A stretch of DNA of 63,766 nucleotides, the filler included, from Kipferlia bialata (Eukaryota): the NCBI GenBank assembly GCA_003568945.1. It is 5 parts of 5 records of this genome, joined end to end, with 100 filler letters (N's around TTAATTAATTAA, not from the genome) between each part and the next. Parts side by side here need not be neighbours in the genome. Positions count along the whole stretch, not along the records: positions 49,728 to 61,338 come from BDIP01000626.1; positions 61,439 to 63,766 come from BDIP01000708.1; 3 more parts are not named here. The stretch is one strand, 5' to 3'. Positions 59,901 through 63,766 of this stretch are shown here, piece by piece. The translations under genes were made by a program, and so were the position numbers. The notes beneath the pieces were generated by a model. It made no database searches and was not told the DNA's origin. It worked only from the letters and a program-made list of their open reading frames with translations. Within the stretch, counting starts at the first letter, position 1, and each line of letters begins with the position of its first letter.

Positions 59901-61067
59901 AGCTCTCTGGAGGCATGCGGCGTAGGCTGGCGCTGGGTATAGCACTGATAGGGTGTCCTGAGGTGGTGGTAGCAGATGAGCCCAGCTCAGGTCTAGACCC
60001 AGGTGAGAACTCAAGAATGCCGCTCCACACCCCACCATTACATAATAATATGATATGTGCTTCTAGAAATGCTTTGTTAGGTGGTAGTGGACACGGATAA
60101 CACTATGCCGCAGCAGACTGACCCAGGCACCCAGCGCCAGATATGGAGGTTGTTGGAGGGCATCCGCACCTCTGGGTCTGTGATGCTGAGCACGCACTCC
60201 CTGACCGAGGCACAGGCACTGTCGAGGTGGGGATATACTATGGTGGAGAATATACATAGTAACCATAGTACCAATATGTATATTTGTGTTAGTATTGCCA
60301 ATCACACCCTATAAGTAAAACAAGTACACTCCCAATGTTTCCATTAATTCCCTCTGATCGTAGCCACATTGGCATCGTGGACAACGGAAGACTGCTCTAC
60401 ACTGGGTCTCTGTCCAGACTGTACAGTGCACACCGCGGCCATACCACCCTCACACTGAGTGTACCTATGACCTCCACATCAACACCCACAGACACTGTGA
60501 CAGATCCAGTGGTGACACAGTCCAGTGTCATTGTGGGGAGGTATGTGTACAGTGGTTATAGATATCTAGAGAGTGTGTGTATAGTAACGTCTATTTACCT
60601 GATCTCATGTGATACCCAATCATCACCCTCTAGGATAGCACTAGCACTAGAGGTACCAAGGGGGAGACTGGAGTGGTCAACAACCAGAGAGCGGGAGGCA
60701 GCGGCGCCCGAAGAGTGGAAAGAGAGGGTGTCTGTGGTTCTCAAGGGTGACATCCAGTACCACAGGCTATTTGGGGTGCTGCTAGAGCTGAAAGAGGAGG
60801 TATCTGTTATAGTGTTATGGATATACCCTTACCTACATACACCTGTAAGTCCTCACTGTATAGGGAGCAGTCCATGGTTACCACTTGCGTCAACCCTCAC
60901 TGGAGGACATATTCCTCAGCATCATAGATGGAGCGAGAGAGGGAGAGAGGGTAGGAGGTCAGACGCCAGCCCAGACTAGTGATACAGAGATACGCAGAGA
61001 GAGACATGCAGTGTCACAAGGTGACACTGGGTCTAGCGACTTTGAGGTCATGTGCGGTGTGGTGTGA
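49842..61067 (+). CDS. ABC transporter subfamily A with two TMD-NBD halves, many exons, probably 5' partial
   Basis: NBD1: [47 protein letters not shown]2: [49 protein letters not shown]-terminal QPSLEDIFL. Hydrophobic exons precede each NBD. Confidence 0.92.
58907..58959 (+). repeat. Intronic 10-bp tandem repeat (GACCCATYTT) x5
   Basis: Directly visible just upstream of an ABCA acceptor. Confidence 0.8.
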
Positions 61068-61240
61068 TATATAGCAGCAGTAGTAGTAGTAGTAGCATAG
61101 GGGCGTATTCTTGGCAGTGGGTGAAGGATTAGCTTCCCTGAGTCCAGTGCGCCTATTAGTAGCAGACATAGATAGACATAGATAATGACTGGGAACCATT
61201 TCGGGGGTTTGGACGAATGTGTTGATGTCACATACCGAAG

Positions 61241-61338
61241 CAGGCATGGTAAAACCGGGAAGTGGTTCCCGATTTAGGTTCATTCTCCCCGATCAAGTTG
61301 CTGAGTTTGTTCCCGGTTTTGTTGGGATTCGAACTCGC
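61241..61338 (+). mobile_element. Terminus of a repeated element (copy 2), cut by contig end
   Basis: CAGGCATGGTAAAACCGGGAAGTGGTTCCCG..GTTCCCGGTTT, homologous to 49558-49601. Confidence 0.5.
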
Positions 61339-61382
61339 NNNNNNNNNNNNNNNNNNNNNNNNNNNNNNNNNNNNNNNNNNNN

Positions 61383-61394
61383 TTAATTAATTAA
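61383..61394. other. Artificial contig linker
   Basis: N-TTAATTAATTAA-N. Confidence 0.95.
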
Positions 61395-61454
61395 NNNNNN
61401 NNNNNNNNNNNNNNNNNNNNNNNNNNNNNNNNNNNNNNGGGGGGGGGGGGGGGT

Positions 61455-61487
<33 letters not shown>

Positions 61488-61545
61488 GAGTGGGTGTCAT
61501 AACCAGCAGTCATATAGAGACACACATTTATATATCTATAGCCAC

Positions 61546-61584
<39 letters not shown>

Positions 61585-61617
61585 AGAGTGATAAGGAATA
61601 GGGAGAGCAAGACATAC

Positions 61618-61894
61618 CTTCATCAACCTCTCCCCGGCCGCCTCCATAGCCTCCAGGTACTCATCTGTCACCTGAGCCCCTGTCAGTGTAGCCCCCTGGT
61701 CTACACGCCCTGTCATCTGAAAATGAGGCAGTATGTGGGTAATTGAGTATCAGTATTCTTACTATGGAGTCAGTCTCTACCTGTAGCTTACGTAGAGCTG
61801 CCTCAACCCTAATGTCCTTAGTGATGGCATCGATTTGTGACCTAGAGACGGGTGGTAGGTCGGAGGCATCGATGTGAATGTGGCGTGGTGCCAT
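61618..61894 (-). CDS. Hypothetical protein, first two exons (3' partial)
   Basis: MAPRHIHID..AALRKLQ|MTGRVDQG..GERLMK| with GT-AG phase-0 introns. Confidence 0.55.
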
Positions 61895-62225
61895 GTGTAT
61901 TGCCTAAACAGCTCACAGTGAGAGAGAGAGAGTCACAATGGAAACAGTTACTATTGCACCCCTAGAACAAAAAGAGTAAGAGTGAAAATCATTGCCAAGT
62001 CTGCGTATATACTCCGGAGGAGCATATGTCGACTCCCTTAGTCTATCTCAACCCTATATATCCTCCGCAAATTGCGGGGCAATATCATGGAGTGGAGACT
62101 CTGTTCTGGACAGATATGGGTACCATAACCACACAACTTCTTGGTAAAATTTCCGATTCTCCGACGACGCCACACAAATCCTGATACACATGGACTGCTC
62201 TATCTCTCTTTCACTCTTACATACC

Positions 62226-62810
62226 ATGGTGTTGGAGAGTGTGACTGAGCTTCTTCGTGATGAGTCTATACGCGAATCCCTGCTGAGCCACGGGCTGCAT
62301 GGTTTCGACCCCTGCCTTCTAGGGGACCTCTCCTTCTGTCCCAGCTCCCAGACAGGGTTCATGACTGATGATGGGCACCACATGACCCTGATGCAACTGT
62401 GGGTGATTATTAGACACCACGGGAACTCCCAGGTAGGGTTTCAAGAATATAGACATAGATATGAGATATTAGAATTGCTATTGAAACCCTACCCCCAGGT
62501 ATCCTTTGAGAAGGCCTGTCTGAAGGAGCCTGCCTTTCTGACCACTGGTGTGATCAGTCAGGCGACCAGGGACACAGTGCACAGATACCTCACGTCGGTA
62601 TGTTCTATGTGATAGTGGCTATGTCTACATATACCTAATGTCTGTATGTCTCCTAGCTATAAAGACTGCTACTGTCTCTTGCCATGCTTGTACACATGTC
62701 TGCCCTCACCTTCAGAGGGAACGGGTACCCGGCAGGTTTTACACAAAGACAGGTTGGTACTATTTTGTATACGCAATATATGCATCTTAGACAAGAACCT
62801 TGGGCCATGA
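62226..62810 (+). CDS. Small protein resembling the Cdc73/parafibromin N-terminal domain
   Basis: VTELLR..LLGDLSFCPSSQTGF..GHHMTLMQLWVIIRHH..SFEKAC..ISQATRDTVHRYLT aligns by eye with Cdc73_N (IFGEFSWP..KTNY..YTLDSI..DRKDLLGYL). Four exons end DKNLGP*. Confidence 0.5.
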
Positions 62811-63518
62811 TACTTCTTGTTATCACTCACAGTATACATACGCCATGCTAGTGAATATGCCTAGTATTATCTACGAACTTCCTACACACCAATATATATA
62901 TATATATATATATCCAAAGTAGCCACTGGGCAACACAAGGTGTCAGTCACACAATACATATACACTGTGATATATATATATATATATATATACATATACC
63001 TACGTATATAGACATATCCACTGCGAAGTAGCCACTGTCCAACGCAAGGTGTCAGTCACAATACATATACACTGTGATATACATAAATGTTTATCTACCT
63101 ATATCTATAGACATATCCACTGCATAGTAGCCTCTGTCCAACACAAGGTGTGGAGGACTTGAATCGTACACCTGGTCGCACCTCTCAAACAATGAGACCA
63201 AAGAGGAAGAGTGGCAAGAAGAAGCATAGCAAGAGCAAGGGTCAGAAGAAGAAGGAGGCCTTTGCAGAGTGGAGGGCAAAGTGTGAGGAGAGGAAGGGAG
63301 AACAGTCATAGATGACACAGCTATTCCTTTTGTTCTTGCAGTTCCTCCATATCCTTCCCATTTGTTCGCCGTTAATACCTACTGTTCTCTGAACTGTTCT
63401 GTCCGTATAGTAACAGGTAATCTGGTGTTCTATCTTTTCGCCCAAATATATATGTGTACATAGGTATATTGACATATAGTGTATATACAGATATGGGTCG
63501 TACAGTGTGGCCCACACT

Positions 63519-63766
63519 CTACTCTGATGGAATCACCACCCCCGGTGCTATCACCCCCCATGTCAGTCCAGGGTGTGGGTACACGAGAGATGGGTCTACG
63601 TGTGTCAGGGTGTCTTTGGTTGCCTTAACGGCCATGGCAGGGGAGAAGAACCCATCGCTGAGGCCATGGTGTGCACTAGGAGGCCTTGTCACCTCACCAG
63701 ACACTGTGTCGTACAGAGTGTATGTGTAGGACATGCCTGAGGAGACCATTTGTGCCCGACAAGCCA
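63519..63766 (-). CDS. C-terminal exon of a hypothetical (possibly kelch-like) protein, 5' partial
   Basis: Open frame to the window edge: ..YTLYDTVSGE..HVDPSLVYPHPGLTWGV..*. Confidence 0.45.
   Translation of the reverse strand, partial: ACRAQMVSSGMSYTYTLYDTVSGEVTRPPSAHHGLSDGFFSPAMAVKATKDTLTHVDPSLVYPHPGLTWGVIAPGVVIPSE

Noticed and set aside
61321..61338. GAGTTCGAATCCC on the minus strand (tRNA T-loop / B-box-like)
   Set aside because: The T-stem does not pair and the contig ends, so no cloverleaf can be supported.

Overview
Eukaryotic, very intron-dense DNA: short GT-AG introns full of (TA)n, (GA)n and poly-C, many ending in a branch-point-like motif fused to the acceptor (CTVAC-C/A-rich-CAG). 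This style suggests a free-living fornicate such as Kipferlia (inference only). The window is a concatenation of five contigs joined by N-TTAATTAATTAA-N linkers, so genes across linkers are not genomic neighbours. Manual splicing gives NSUN2/Trm4, an AT-hook-bearing POLE3/DPB4-like histone-fold protein, a secreted bacterial-type Endonuclease I, a Frag1/DRAM-like membrane protein, a SAPS (PP6 regulatory) 3' half, a DUF975 membrane protein, coiled-coil proteins, a BED-finger gene beside a hAT-like terminus, a kelch protein, REV1, an EF-hand protein, a kinase N-lobe spliced to an arylsulfotransferase C-terminus, a Cys/Gln-rich membrane protein, a two-NBD ABCA transporter and a stand-alone Cdc73 N-terminal domain. 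The most striking unexplained pattern is that introns repeatedly carry diverged copies of the adjacent exon boundary plus its splice site ('exon-junction echoes'). All gene models and family calls come from hand translation and motif recall, not database searches.
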